Of a stretch of DNA of 64,000 bases, positions 9,328-18,780 are shown in pieces. Source of the stretch: an uncultured Gemmatimonadaceae bacterium. GTDB taxonomy: Bacteria > Gemmatimonadota > Gemmatimonadetes > Gemmatimonadales > Gemmatimonadaceae. The stretch is from positions 416,001 through 480,000 of the forward strand of contig CAVUDW010000002.1 of NCBI GenBank assembly GCA_963740355.1, in the 5' to 3' direction. Positions within the stretch are counted from its first letter, which is position 1. Each line of letters opens with the position of its first letter. A program made the position numbers and the translations under genes. The notes beneath the pieces are model-generated. The model did no database searches. It saw only the letters and a list, made by a program, of their open reading frames with translations, and had not been told where the DNA came from.

Positions 9328-10341
9328 ATGACGGTGCTCGAAACGCACAACGACCCAGCACTCGCAGCGGAGATCCGCGCGTTGGCCAAGGCCCGCAACG
9401 CGGTCATCCTGGCCCACAACTACGAGCGTCCGGAGATCCAGGATGTCGCGGACTACGTCGGCGATTCCCTTGGACTCTCACGCGAGGCGGCTCGCACCGA
9501 TGCTGATGTGATCGTGTTCTGTGGCGTGCACTTCATGGCCGAAACGGCCGCGATTCTGTCGCCGCAGAAGACGGTGCTGCTGCCCGACCTCGCCGCTGGC
9601 TGCTCGCTCGCGTCGACGATCGACGCCGATCAGCTGCGTGCCTGGAAGAAGGAATACCCCGACGCGGTCGTCGTCAGCTACGTCAACACCACCGCCGAAG
9701 TCAAAGCCGAGACCGACTACTGCTGTACCTCAGGCAACGCGGTGGACGTGATCAACGCCATTCCCGCCGACAAGACGATCCTCTTCTGCCCCGACATGTT
9801 CCTTGGCGCCCACGTCAAGCGTGTCACGGGGCGCGAGAACATCGTCGTCTGGATGGGGGAGTGTCACGTGCATGCCGGCATCGATCCCGAGAACATCAAC
9901 CTGATGCGCGCCGAACACCCCGATGCCGAGTTCCTCGTGCATCCGGAGTGCGGCTGCACCACCAGCGTACTGGATGCGGTGTCGAGTGGCTCGATCTCCA
10001 GCCGTCAGCTGCAAGTATTGAGCACCGAGGGAATGATCAAGCGCCCAGCGCAGAGCGCGTCGAAGGAGTTCATCGTCGCCACCGAGATCGGAATCCTGCA
10101 TCGCTTGCGCAATGAAAATCCGACGAAGCAGTTCTTCGCCGCCAACGATCGCGCCAGCTGCGCCTACATGAAGGTGACGACGCTGCCGAAGGTGTTGCGT
10201 GCACTGCAGACGATGGAGAACCACATCACGGTGCCACCAGAGATTGCCGCCCGCGCCAAGTTGGCGATCGATCGGATGGTGGCCATCGGCGGTACGGCAC
10301 CATCCACGCCACCCGGCCCCGGCGTCGATCCTGGCGAATGA
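9328..10341 (+). CDS. nadA: Quinolinate synthase A
   Basis: ILAHNY, GDSLGLS, FCGVHFMAETA, AGCSLA, GECHVH and HPEC motifs, plus CAYMK. Confidence 0.97.
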   Translation: MTVLETHNDPALAAEIRALAKARNAVILAHNYERPEIQDVADYVGDSLGLSREAARTDADVIVFCGVHFMAETAAILSPQKTVLLPDLAAGCSLASTIDADQLRAWKKEYPDAVVVSYVNTTAEVKAETDYCCTSGNAVDVINAIPADKTILFCPDMFLGAHVKRVTGRENIVVWMGECHVHAGIDPENINLMRAEHPDAEFLVHPECGCTTSVLDAVSSGSISSRQLQVLSTEGMIKRPAQSASKEFIVATEIGILHRLRNENPTKQFFAANDRASCAYMKVTTLPKVLRALQTMENHITVPPEIAARAKLAIDRMVAIGGTAPSTPPGPGVDPGE

Positions 10342-11213
10342 GCACCACACCTGCCACCGCTGACCTGTTCGGCTTTCCGCTCAACGCACCGGAGCTCCAT
10401 GCTGCGGTGCGTGAGGCGCTGCTCGAGGATCGCACGTTCGAGGATGTGACGACGCTCGCCACGATTCCGGCCAGTGCCGTATCGTCCGCGACGCTGGGGG
10501 CGCGCAAGGCGGGTGTCATCTGCGGTGGGCCGCTAGCGGTCGAAGCCTTCAGCCAGTTGTCGCCATTGGTACGCATCGAGGTGATCCGCGCCGACGGTAC
10601 TGTCGTCGAGCCGGGTGACGAAGTCCTGCGGATCATTGGCCCATCGCGTGCCGTGTTGCAGGCTGAACGCGTCGCGCTCAACTACATGATGCATCTCTCC
10701 GGTGTGGCATCACTCACGCGCGCCTACGTGACGGCGATCGCTGGCACCAAGGCGCGTATCCTCGACACACGCAAGACGACGCCTGGCCTGCGGCATCTCG
10801 AGAAGTATGCGGTGCGATGCGGTGGTGGTCGTAACCACCGCATGGACCTGGCATCGATGGCGATGCTCAAGGACAACCATCTGGCGGCCGTTGGCGGCGA
10901 TATCATCGCGGCCGTCGCCGCAGTGCGTGCCGCAGTGCCCGAAGGGACGCTGATCGAAGTCGAGGCCGATCGCGCCGAGCAGGTCGAGCGGGCGCTCGCT
11001 TCTGGCGCCGACGTCATCATGCTCGACAACATGTCGCTCGACGAGATGCGCGAGTGTGTTGCGCTCGTGAACGGTGTCGTGATCGTCGAAGCCAGCGGCG
11101 GTGTGACCCTCGACCGCGTCCGTGCGATTGCCGAAACCGGTGTCGACTGGATCAGCGTCGGTGCCCTCACCCACTCGGCACCGGCGCTGGACCTCGGCCT
11201 GGACTTCGCCTAG
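10338..11213 (+). CDS. nadC: Nicotinate-nucleotide pyrophosphorylase (carboxylating)
   Basis: DTRKTTPG, GGGRNHR, KDNH, IMLDNM, EASGG and ISVGALTHSA motifs. Confidence 0.97.
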   Translation: MSTTPATADLFGFPLNAPELHAAVREALLEDRTFEDVTTLATIPASAVSSATLGARKAGVICGGPLAVEAFSQLSPLVRIEVIRADGTVVEPGDEVLRIIGPSRAVLQAERVALNYMMHLSGVASLTRAYVTAIAGTKARILDTRKTTPGLRHLEKYAVRCGGGRNHRMDLASMAMLKDNHLAAVGGDIIAAVAAVRAAVPEGTLIEVEADRAEQVERALASGADVIMLDNMSLDEMRECVALVNGVVIVEASGGVTLDRVRAIAETGVDWISVGALTHSAPALDLGLDFA

Positions 11214-13042
11214 GCGACGCTCGTCGATTCCGGTGGCATGCGCATCGCCACCTGCGGTTCCTTCCGGATGTCGAGCTGCACCTCGAGGACCGAATCGGGC
11301 ACGAATGCCCCGCCGGCCTTCCGCAGGTCCTCGGCAATGGCGCGACGGGTGGCGTCCTGTGGACTCTGCAGGTTCTCGCGCTGTTCCTTGAAGCGACGAC
11401 CGCTCTGCACGCAGAACAGGTCGCAGAGGTGCAGCTCGCGCTCCAGCGCTTCCAGCCCTCGTTCGCGCAGCAGGCGCTGAGTGCGGCTCAACACACAGGC
11501 GCGCGCGAACAGTTCGATCGCCATGTTCGAGAGCCGCTCGACCAGCATCTGCTTGTCGATCAGCTGCTTCTTGTGCGCCACGATGGCGGCATCGGTCGCG
11601 GTTCGCAGCTCGGCGACGTGCTTCTCGAAGTACTTCCGGTGCGGCTGCAGGCGCGCGTGCATCGGCGTGTCCACCGTCGCATCGTCACCAACGCGCAACA
11701 CACTCTTCACCTTGCCGACGACGAATTCGCTGAGGAGCCCCATGTTCTGCATCGGGGCCTTCATCGCATCGCCGATCTCCTTCAGCGTCTCCGCCGGACC
11801 CTGCACCCCGTTGAGCGCAATGAACAGGCGAAGGATCTCGTTCGCACCCTCGAAGATGCGGTTGATGCGCGCGTCGCGAAGCTGACGTTCGTATGGCCAC
11901 GGCTTCGAGAATCCGCGGCCCCCTGCCAACTGCACCATCTCGTCCGTCGCACGCCACACCATCTCCGACGCGAACACCTTCACACACGCCGCTTCCAGCG
12001 ACGCGTCTACGTCGGGTCGCGACATCAGCGAAGTCAACATGCCGATCATGCTGTCTGCTGCGTACTGGTCGGCGGCGAGGTCGGCCATCTTGCGCTGCGT
12101 GATCTCGAAGTCTGCCAGCGGCTTGCCGAATTGCACCCGTTCCTCGGCGTACTGCACGAACTGCGTGATCACATTTCGCGTCGCCAGTGTACACCCAGCA
12201 GCCAGGCTGAGTCGGCCGGCGTTCAATGCGTGCACGGCCACCTTGAAGCCCTTGCCCACCTCGCCGAGCACGTGATCGATCGGCACTTCCATGTTGTCGA
12301 AGCGCAGTTCGGCTTGCGTCGATCCCTTGATGCCCAGCTTGCGAAAGGTGCGTTCGACGTGAAAGCCCGGCATGTCGGGACGGATGATGAAGGCCGTTGG
12401 CCGCATCACGATCTTTCCGCTCCGCTCCACCGGAGTCTGCGCGAAGGTTGCCAGTACACCCGCGCGATGTCCGTTGCCGATCCAGTACTTGCGACCACTC
12501 AGCAGCCAGTGGGTGCCAGCGTCGTTCAGTCGCGCCGAGGTCACGATGTGCTGCGCGTCCGACCCCGTCTCCGGTTCAGTGAGTGCGTAGGCGGCGAGCG
12601 TCTCACCGCGCGCCAGCATCGGCAGGTAGCGCGCCTTCTGCTCGGCGTTGCCATACAGCGCAATCGCCTTGCCCCCGAGGCCGCAGTGCACACCCACCAG
12701 CACGGCCAGCGACGGGTCCACGGTGGCGACCGCGGCGAAGAGGCGCGCGTATCCTGCCTGCGAGAGTCCCAGCCCGCCGTATTCCTTCGGGATGCTGATC
12801 CCCAGCAGGCCGAGCTTCGCGAAGGCCTCGATCACCGGTTCCGGGATCGTTTCGTCCTCGTCGAACTGGTCGGGCCGAATCAGGTCGCCAACCAGCGCGT
12901 TCAGTTCGCGAATGATCCGTGAGACGACCGCCGCTTCGGCTGGATCGCGCTGCTCCAGCGAATCCGGATACGGAAAGATCAGGTCGTCATGGATTTCACC
13001 GGCAAAGAGGCTGCGGGTGAAGGAACGCGTGGCGCTGCTCAT
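11210..13042 (-). CDS. Acyl-CoA dehydrogenase (ACAD9/VLCAD-like long form)
   Basis: ALTEPETGSDA, GRKYWIGNG, KLGIKGS, RVQFGKPL and RDARINRIFEGANEI motifs. Confidence 0.93.
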   Translation of the reverse strand: MSSATRSFTRSLFAGEIHDDLIFPYPDSLEQRDPAEAAVVSRIIRELNALVGDLIRPDQFDEDETIPEPVIEAFAKLGLLGISIPKEYGGLGLSQAGYARLFAAVATVDPSLAVLVGVHCGLGGKAIALYGNAEQKARYLPMLARGETLAAYALTEPETGSDAQHIVTSARLNDAGTHWLLSGRKYWIGNGHRAGVLATFAQTPVERSGKIVMRPTAFIIRPDMPGFHVERTFRKLGIKGSTQAELRFDNMEVPIDHVLGEVGKGFKVAVHALNAGRLSLAAGCTLATRNVITQFVQYAEERVQFGKPLADFEITQRKMADLAADQYAADSMIGMLTSLMSRPDVDASLEAACVKVFASEMVWRATDEMVQLAGGRGFSKPWPYERQLRDARINRIFEGANEILRLFIALNGVQGPAETLKEIGDAMKAPMQNMGLLSEFVVGKVKSVLRVGDDATVDTPMHARLQPHRKYFEKHVAELRTATDAAIVAHKKQLIDKQMLVERLSNMAIELFARACVLSRTQRLLRERGLEALERELHLCDLFCVQSGRRFKEQRENLQSPQDATRRAIAEDLRKAGGAFVPDSVLEVQLDIRKEPQVAMRMPPESTSVA

Positions 13043-13110
13043 AAAGCTCGAATGCGGCTGGTGAGACGGAACTTCAGCAGGGGAAAGTAAATAGGCGGTG
13101 GCGCGGTGAT

Positions 13111-15156
13111 TCAGCCCGCGGTCATCCGGACCGCCGTCCGGAGCTGGCGCGCCAGCGTCGCGGCGTCCGTGGTGGGGAGCTCGCAGGCAAACCCTCGGCA
13201 GACGTACGCTGTCGGCAGTGCGTCGCGTTGCCCGCGGCCGCGCAGGAGCGCCGGTGCGTCGGTGGCGTCCGATCCACGCGCGAGCACCAGCGTGGGCACA
13301 TACATCTGCCGCAGGACGGCACTGAGGGCGTTTTCGTCGCTATCCGATACCAACGCGACTTGCACGCTGCCATGCACATGACGATCGGCCAGGCCGAGCC
13401 AGTGCCCGAAGCCGAGAGGATGTTCCGCCATCGGTGCCGCGACGGCGGCCAGTTGCGCCGCGACGATGGCCGCGTACCCGGACACGTCATCGAGTGACGC
13501 CAGTTGCATCAGCACATCGCACGCGAGCGCAGAGCCGGACGGTGTTGCATTGTCCGTCAGCTCGCGCGGTCGCGTGATCAGTACTTCATGATCGCGAGCG
13601 GTATCGTAGAACCCGTTGGAGCCTGGCTCGTAGAAATCACGTAGCATCGCCGCGGCCAGCGTTCTCGCGAGTGCGAGGTGCCGTGTGTCGCCGGTGGCGG
13701 CGTAGAGCGCCAGGAGCCCCGCAGCGACAGAGGCCTGGTCCTCGAGGAAGCCCGGCGTCTTCTGCACCCCGTCGATCCACGTGCGAGCAACTCTGTCGCC
13801 GGACAGCATCTCCGTGGTGAGAAACGCTGCCAGGCGCTCGGCCGCACGCAGGAGCTCCGCGTCGTTGAAGACGCGCGCGCCGTCGGCCAGGGCCGCGAGC
13901 ATCAGGCCGTTCCACGATGCGATGCGTTTCTGGTCGGTGGCGGGGGGCACTCGTGAGCTGCGGGCTTCCAGCAGTGTGGCCCGCACCAACGCCAGCTGGT
14001 GCTCCGCCTCGGCGACCGAGAGGTCGAGCCGCATCGCCACGATTTCCATCGGCAAAGGTGCCGTGAGGATCGAGCGGCCGTCGAAGTTTCCTTTGGCCGT
14101 CACCCCGTAGGCCAACTCCGCCAGTGCCGCCTGCTCACCAAGGAGCGCGCGCAGTTCTGCACGCGACCAGGTGTAGTAGCGGCCTTCCTCGCCTTCGCTG
14201 TCGGCATCGATGCTGGCGTAGATCCCGCCTTCGGGGCCGGTCATCTCGCGCATGATCCACGCGAAGGTGTCACGGGTGACACGTTCGACTTCTGCGCTGC
14301 CGGTGGATTGTGCGAGACACACTCCCAGCCGCGCGAGGAGGGCATTGTCGTACAGCATCTTCTCGAAGTGCGGCACGATCCACTCGCGGTCAGTCGCATA
14401 GCGAGCGAAGCCGCCGCCGATCTGGTCCCGGATGCCACCTCGGGCCATCGACAGCCACGACTCCGTCACCACGCCAAGGGCGGCGTCATCGGCGTGCCGG
14501 GTGCCGTGACGGAGCAGGAAGTCGAGCGCCATCGTATGCGGGAATTTCGGCGCGGCGCCAAAGCCGTGATGCTCGGTGTCGTACAGCCGGAGCAGGGTGC
14601 TGGCGGCGTCTGCCAGCGTGGCCGGGCCCAACTCTCCTGACGGAGTGAGTGGGGCGGTGGCATTGGCGTAGAGCGCCCGCAGCGTGGCAGTCGTGGCTTC
14701 CACCGCATCGCGTTTCGTGCGCCAGGCGTTGGCCACGCTCTGCATCAGTCGGCCGAAGCTCGGCACGCCCTGCATGTCCTTGGGCGGAAAATACGTGCCG
14801 CCGTAGAAGGGCTCGCCCTCCGGTGTCAGGAACACGGTCATCGGCCAGCCACCGCGGCCGGTCATCGCCTGGACCGCCTGCATGTAGATCCCGTCCACAT
14901 CGGGCCGCTCCTCGCGGTCGACCTTCACGTTCACGAAGAGCTCGTTCATCACCGCGGCCGTCGCCGGGTCCTCGAACGACTCGTGGGCCATGACGTGGCA
15001 CCAGTGGCACGCCGCGTAGCCGATGCTGAGCAGGATCGGCCGGTCGGTTGCACGCGCGCTGGCGAACGCGTCTTCTCCCCACGGGTACCAGTCCACTGGA
15101 TTCCCGGCGTGCTGTCGAAGGTAGGGTGACGTTTCGGTTTCGAGTCGATTCGGCAT
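13111..15156 (-). CDS. Thioredoxin-domain / six-hairpin protein (YyaL/SSP411 family)
   Basis: [47 protein letters not shown] and [11 protein letters not shown] motifs. Confidence 0.93.
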   Translation of the reverse strand: MPNRLETETSPYLRQHAGNPVDWYPWGEDAFASARATDRPILLSIGYAACHWCHVMAHESFEDPATAAVMNELFVNVKVDREERPDVDGIYMQAVQAMTGRGGWPMTVFLTPEGEPFYGGTYFPPKDMQGVPSFGRLMQSVANAWRTKRDAVEATTATLRALYANATAPLTPSGELGPATLADAASTLLRLYDTEHHGFGAAPKFPHTMALDFLLRHGTRHADDAALGVVTESWLSMARGGIRDQIGGGFARYATDREWIVPHFEKMLYDNALLARLGVCLAQSTGSAEVERVTRDTFAWIMREMTGPEGGIYASIDADSEGEEGRYYTWSRAELRALLGEQAALAELAYGVTAKGNFDGRSILTAPLPMEIVAMRLDLSVAEAEHQLALVRATLLEARSSRVPPATDQKRIASWNGLMLAALADGARVFNDAELLRAAERLAAFLTTEMLSGDRVARTWIDGVQKTPGFLEDQASVAAGLLALYAATGDTRHLALARTLAAAMLRDFYEPGSNGFYDTARDHEVLITRPRELTDNATPSGSALACDVLMQLASLDDVSGYAAIVAAQLAAVAAPMAEHPLGFGHWLGLADRHVHGSVQVALVSDSDENALSAVLRQMYVPTLVLARGSDATDAPALLRGRGQRDALPTAYVCRGFACELPTTDAATLARQLRTAVRMTAG

Positions 15157-15351
15157 GCAAGCAGTACTTGCGGAAGACGTTGTGGTCGGCTCACGTTGCC
15201 GACTTCAACGTAGCCGTCCGGTTCGCCTTCTCCGCACGCCACGTCCCTCAACTTTTACCGCGTGACCGAACGAACACCGAAGACTGCGCCAGTTGGGGCC
15301 GTCTCCACATCGCGTTGCCATCGCACCCTGTGCCCCGTCACGCGGCGGGCC

Positions 15352-16683
15352 ATGGTGCTGCGTCACCGGCTGCGCGCGATTTGCGCCCGCGACCTGTTTT
15401 TCCCCGTACTCATCACGCTGCTGGTGCTGGGCACGGCGTTCGCCCCGCAGGTGCCGCTGCGTGACGCCGTCACGTTCGGCGACGTATCCGGCATGCGCCT
15501 CGCCATCAGTCGCGAGTTTGCGATCGTTGCGCCGTTCTGTGCCGTGCTCGACATGCAATCGCTGCTGACGGTACCGCAGCACATCGCGCTGCTCGCGACA
15601 CTGCTGGTTGGATTTGCGATCTGGCGGGTTGTCGCCTTCGCGCGAAGCTCGAGCTACCCGGTCTGGCGTCGGGAACTCGGCAGCCTGTTGCTGGTGCTCG
15701 CCGTGCCGGTGGCACTGCTGCTGGTGAATGTGCTGGTGCCGCGGCCGATGGCGAGGCTGGTCGTCGATGATCCGAACATTGTGGTCGTGGACGTTCATGC
15801 CCACACCGCCTCTTCGCACGATGCACGACCCGATTGGACGCAGGAGCGTGTGCGCGAATGGCATGCCGCCAGTGGCTTCGACGTCGCGTACATCACCGAT
15901 CACAAGCGGTTCGGTGGTGCGATCGATGGACTGGCGGCGAATCCGGCCCGCGCCGGCGACGGAGTGGTGCTCCTGTCCGGACTCGAACTCCGTAGCGGTG
16001 GTCAGCACGTCAACGTGCTCTCCATGACGCAGGCCGAGTCGGCGTATGTGGTCGGTGGCGACCATCTGACCAAGGCCATCCACCTCGCCGATGGCCGGAA
16101 GCCGATCATCGTCCAGACCGTGCCGTTCAAGCTGCCGCTGTTTGCCGGACCGGGGCAGGATTCGCTCGCCTACACCACGGCGCTCGAGCTCAACGACGGG
16201 GCGCCGCGTGGCTTGACGATGGGTCTCAAGAGCCACGCCGTACTGCTTCACCTCGCTGATTCGCTCAACCTCGCGCTGGTGGCTGGCTCCGACAACCACG
16301 GCTGGGGCAACACGTCGAGCGGCTGGACGCTGGTGAATGTGCCAGGGTGGCGCGACATGTCCCCCAGTGCTCTGGCTGTGGCTCTCGAGACGGCGATGAG
16401 CCGCGGCCGGCAGGCCACGCGGGTGGTGGAGCGCCGCACACCACTGCTGCTCTCAGCGTCGCAAGTTGTCCTCACCGTGCCCGTGATGCTGATCACCGCC
16501 GCGCGCGGACTCACGCCGCCAGAGCGTGTGAGCTGGATCGTCTGGGGCTGGACGTCGCTGCTGGTGCGACTGGGCATCCGTCGGGCGGCGCATCTCTCGC
16601 TGGCCCGTGCCCGCCTTGCACGTCAGCGTCGTCGGCAGCGGATTCGTATCGTCCCACTGGGATCGGTGGGCCTGCAGAGCTGA
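15352..16683 (+). CDS. Membrane-anchored PHP-family phosphoesterase-like protein
   Basis: TM segments flanking PHP motifs DVHAHT, ITDH, GLE..H and GSDNH; start uncertain (15262 or 15352). Confidence 0.7.
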   Translation: MVLRHRLRAICARDLFFPVLITLLVLGTAFAPQVPLRDAVTFGDVSGMRLAISREFAIVAPFCAVLDMQSLLTVPQHIALLATLLVGFAIWRVVAFARSSSYPVWRRELGSLLLVLAVPVALLLVNVLVPRPMARLVVDDPNIVVVDVHAHTASSHDARPDWTQERVREWHAASGFDVAYITDHKRFGGAIDGLAANPARAGDGVVLLSGLELRSGGQHVNVLSMTQAESAYVVGGDHLTKAIHLADGRKPIIVQTVPFKLPLFAGPGQDSLAYTTALELNDGAPRGLTMGLKSHAVLLHLADSLNLALVAGSDNHGWGNTSSGWTLVNVPGWRDMSPSALAVALETAMSRGRQATRVVERRTPLLLSASQVVLTVPVMLITAARGLTPPERVSWIVWGWTSLLVRLGIRRAAHLSLARARLARQRRRQRIRIVPLGSVGLQS

Positions 16684-16753
16684 GGCTCTGGCGTCATATT
16701 CGGTAGCGCGCCGCGAACCACATCCCTGGCGCTTCCCACCGAATTGCGATCTC

Positions 16754-18136
16754 ATGGCCTCGGCTGTCGCGTCCGACCTCGAACAGTTTCTCGTCAGCGC
16801 GCAGGCGCGGATCCACGACGAGTTGAACGATTTCCTTCGTATCCCGAGCGTCAGCGCCCGCTCGGAGCACACACCCGACGTGCGCCGCGCCGCGGAGTGG
16901 GTGTCGTCGCAGTGCCTCGCGATCGGGCTCACCACCTCGGAAGTGATCGACACCGCCGGCCACCCGATCGTGCTCGCGGAATGGCGAAAGGCGCCGGGCA
17001 AGCCGACGGTGCTGATCTACGGACACTACGATGTGCAGCCGCCAGAGCCGCTCGAGCTGTGGACCTCGCCGGCGTTCGAACCCACGGTGCGCGACGGCAA
17101 GCTGTACGCGCGTGGGAGCGTGGACGACAAGGGCCAGCTCTTCCTGCACCTCAAGGCACTCGAAGCACACCTCTCCGCACGCGGCACGCTGCCGGTGAAT
17201 GTCATCGTGCTGGCGGAAGGTGAGGAAGAAGTCGGCAGCGAGAATCTTTCGCCGTTCATCGCGGCGCATGCCGAGCGCTTGAAGTGCGACGCCGTCGTGA
17301 TCTCCGACTCGACCATGTTCGCACCCGGGCAGCCGTCGATTCTCAGCTCGCTGCGTGGGCTCGCGTACTTCGAGATTCGAGTGAAAGGCCCGCGGTCGGA
17401 CCTGCACAGCGGCATGTACGGCGGTGCCGTGGTCAATCCCGCGATGGAGTTGGCGCGCATCCTGGCGACGCTGCATCACATGGACGGCCGCATCGCCATC
17501 CCCGGCTTCTACGACGCGGTCAAGCCATTCCCCGATGCCGTCCGCGAGCAGATGCGTGGCTTGCCGTTCGACGAGGAGCACTTCCGCGCCGAAGTCGGTT
17601 CGCCGGCGCTTGGTGGCGAGTACGGCTACACGGTGCTCGAGCGTCTCTGGACGCGCCCGACCTGTGAAGTGAATGGGCTGCTCAGCGGCTACACCGGCGA
17701 AGGGGCAAAGACCGTGTTGCCGTCACATGCGATGGCGAAGGTCAGCTGTCGCCTCGTGCCGGATCAGGACCCGGCCGTGATCGAGCAGCTGATGCACGAT
17801 CATGTGCACTCCGTAGCATCCGAAGGCGTGACGGTCGAAGTGCAGCACCTGCATGGCGGCAAGCCGTGGCGCGCGGAGTTGAGCGGCCCGATTTTCGACG
17901 CCGCTCGACGGGCGCTGACGGCGGCCTTCGGCAAGGAGCCCGTGATCACCGGTGAAGGTGGGTCGATTCCGGTGGTCGGCGATTTTCAGCGCCTGCTCGA
18001 TGTGCCGGTGCTGCTGGTCGGATTCGGATTGCCTGGCGAGAACGCACACGCGCCAGACGAGTGGATCAGCGTCGAGAACTTCGAGGTTGGCATGCGCGCC
18101 ATGGCCGCACTCTGGGACGAGTTGGCCGCGACGTGA
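16754..18136 (+). CDS. M20-family dipeptidase
   Basis: YGHYDVQP, ARGSVDDKGQ, EGEEEVGS, DLHSG, GGSIP and NAHAPDE motifs. Confidence 0.93.
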   Translation: MASAVASDLEQFLVSAQARIHDELNDFLRIPSVSARSEHTPDVRRAAEWVSSQCLAIGLTTSEVIDTAGHPIVLAEWRKAPGKPTVLIYGHYDVQPPEPLELWTSPAFEPTVRDGKLYARGSVDDKGQLFLHLKALEAHLSARGTLPVNVIVLAEGEEEVGSENLSPFIAAHAERLKCDAVVISDSTMFAPGQPSILSSLRGLAYFEIRVKGPRSDLHSGMYGGAVVNPAMELARILATLHHMDGRIAIPGFYDAVKPFPDAVREQMRGLPFDEEHFRAEVGSPALGGEYGYTVLERLWTRPTCEVNGLLSGYTGEGAKTVLPSHAMAKVSCRLVPDQDPAVIEQLMHDHVHSVASEGVTVEVQHLHGGKPWRAELSGPIFDAARRALTAAFGKEPVITGEGGSIPVVGDFQRLLDVPVLLVGFGLPGENAHAPDEWISVENFEVGMRAMAALWDELAAT

Positions 18137-18768
18137 CATTCGCTCGAAGGGCAGCGACGCCGCTGCTCGTGTCCCTGATCACGATCGTCGCAGGCTGCAG
18201 GGCCTTTCGGCCCAGCGTGTCGCTCGGTGCCGCTGATCGCGCGCGCATCTACGCGGCCGTGCTGCAGGAGGTGCGTCGTGACACGACTGCGCGATGGGCG
18301 GTGCTCGATTCCCTCGTGCCCACCACCGACATCGATGCCGAGCAGCATGACAAGGTGATTGCGGAACTGCCGATCACTCGCGCTGCACTGAATGCCTTCC
18401 TGCGAGCGCAGCGCAGTCCAGCGGAACGCTTTCAATCGGGCATGATCCCCGATGCGCGCTGGATCGCGGTGTCCACGCCACGACTCGACTCACTGCGTGC
18501 CGCCGCACGTGCTGAGGCGTCACTGGCACCGATCCCTGACGGCCCGCGCCCCGATCGATTCTGGCAGCAATGGTACCGCGCCTTCCCCGGTTCGGCCGGC
18601 TACGTCGTGCTGTCACCAGCCAGCATTTCTCACGGCGGCGACGAGGCGGTGGTGCACGTGCGTATCGCGTGCGGTCCGGTGTGCGGTGAGACAGAGCTGC
18701 GCGTGCTACAGCGCGATGACCGAGGCCTCTGGCACACCACCCGCAAGGTCAAGCTCTCGGAAAGCTGA
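18133..18768 (+). CDS. Hypothetical lipoprotein
   Basis: GTG overlapping the peptidase stop; lipobox IVAGC; C-terminal CGPVCG motif. Confidence 0.7.
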   Translation: MTFARRAATPLLVSLITIVAGCRAFRPSVSLGAADRARIYAAVLQEVRRDTTARWAVLDSLVPTTDIDAEQHDKVIAELPITRAALNAFLRAQRSPAERFQSGMIPDARWIAVSTPRLDSLRAAARAEASLAPIPDGPRPDRFWQQWYRAFPGSAGYVVLSPASISHGGDEAVVHVRIACGPVCGETELRVLQRDDRGLWHTTRKVKLSES

Positions 18769-18780
18769 TCGCGACGGCTG

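Noticed and set aside
11054..12922. 622-aa plus-strand ORF
   Set aside because: Antisense shadow of the acyl-CoA dehydrogenase, typical of high-GC codon bias
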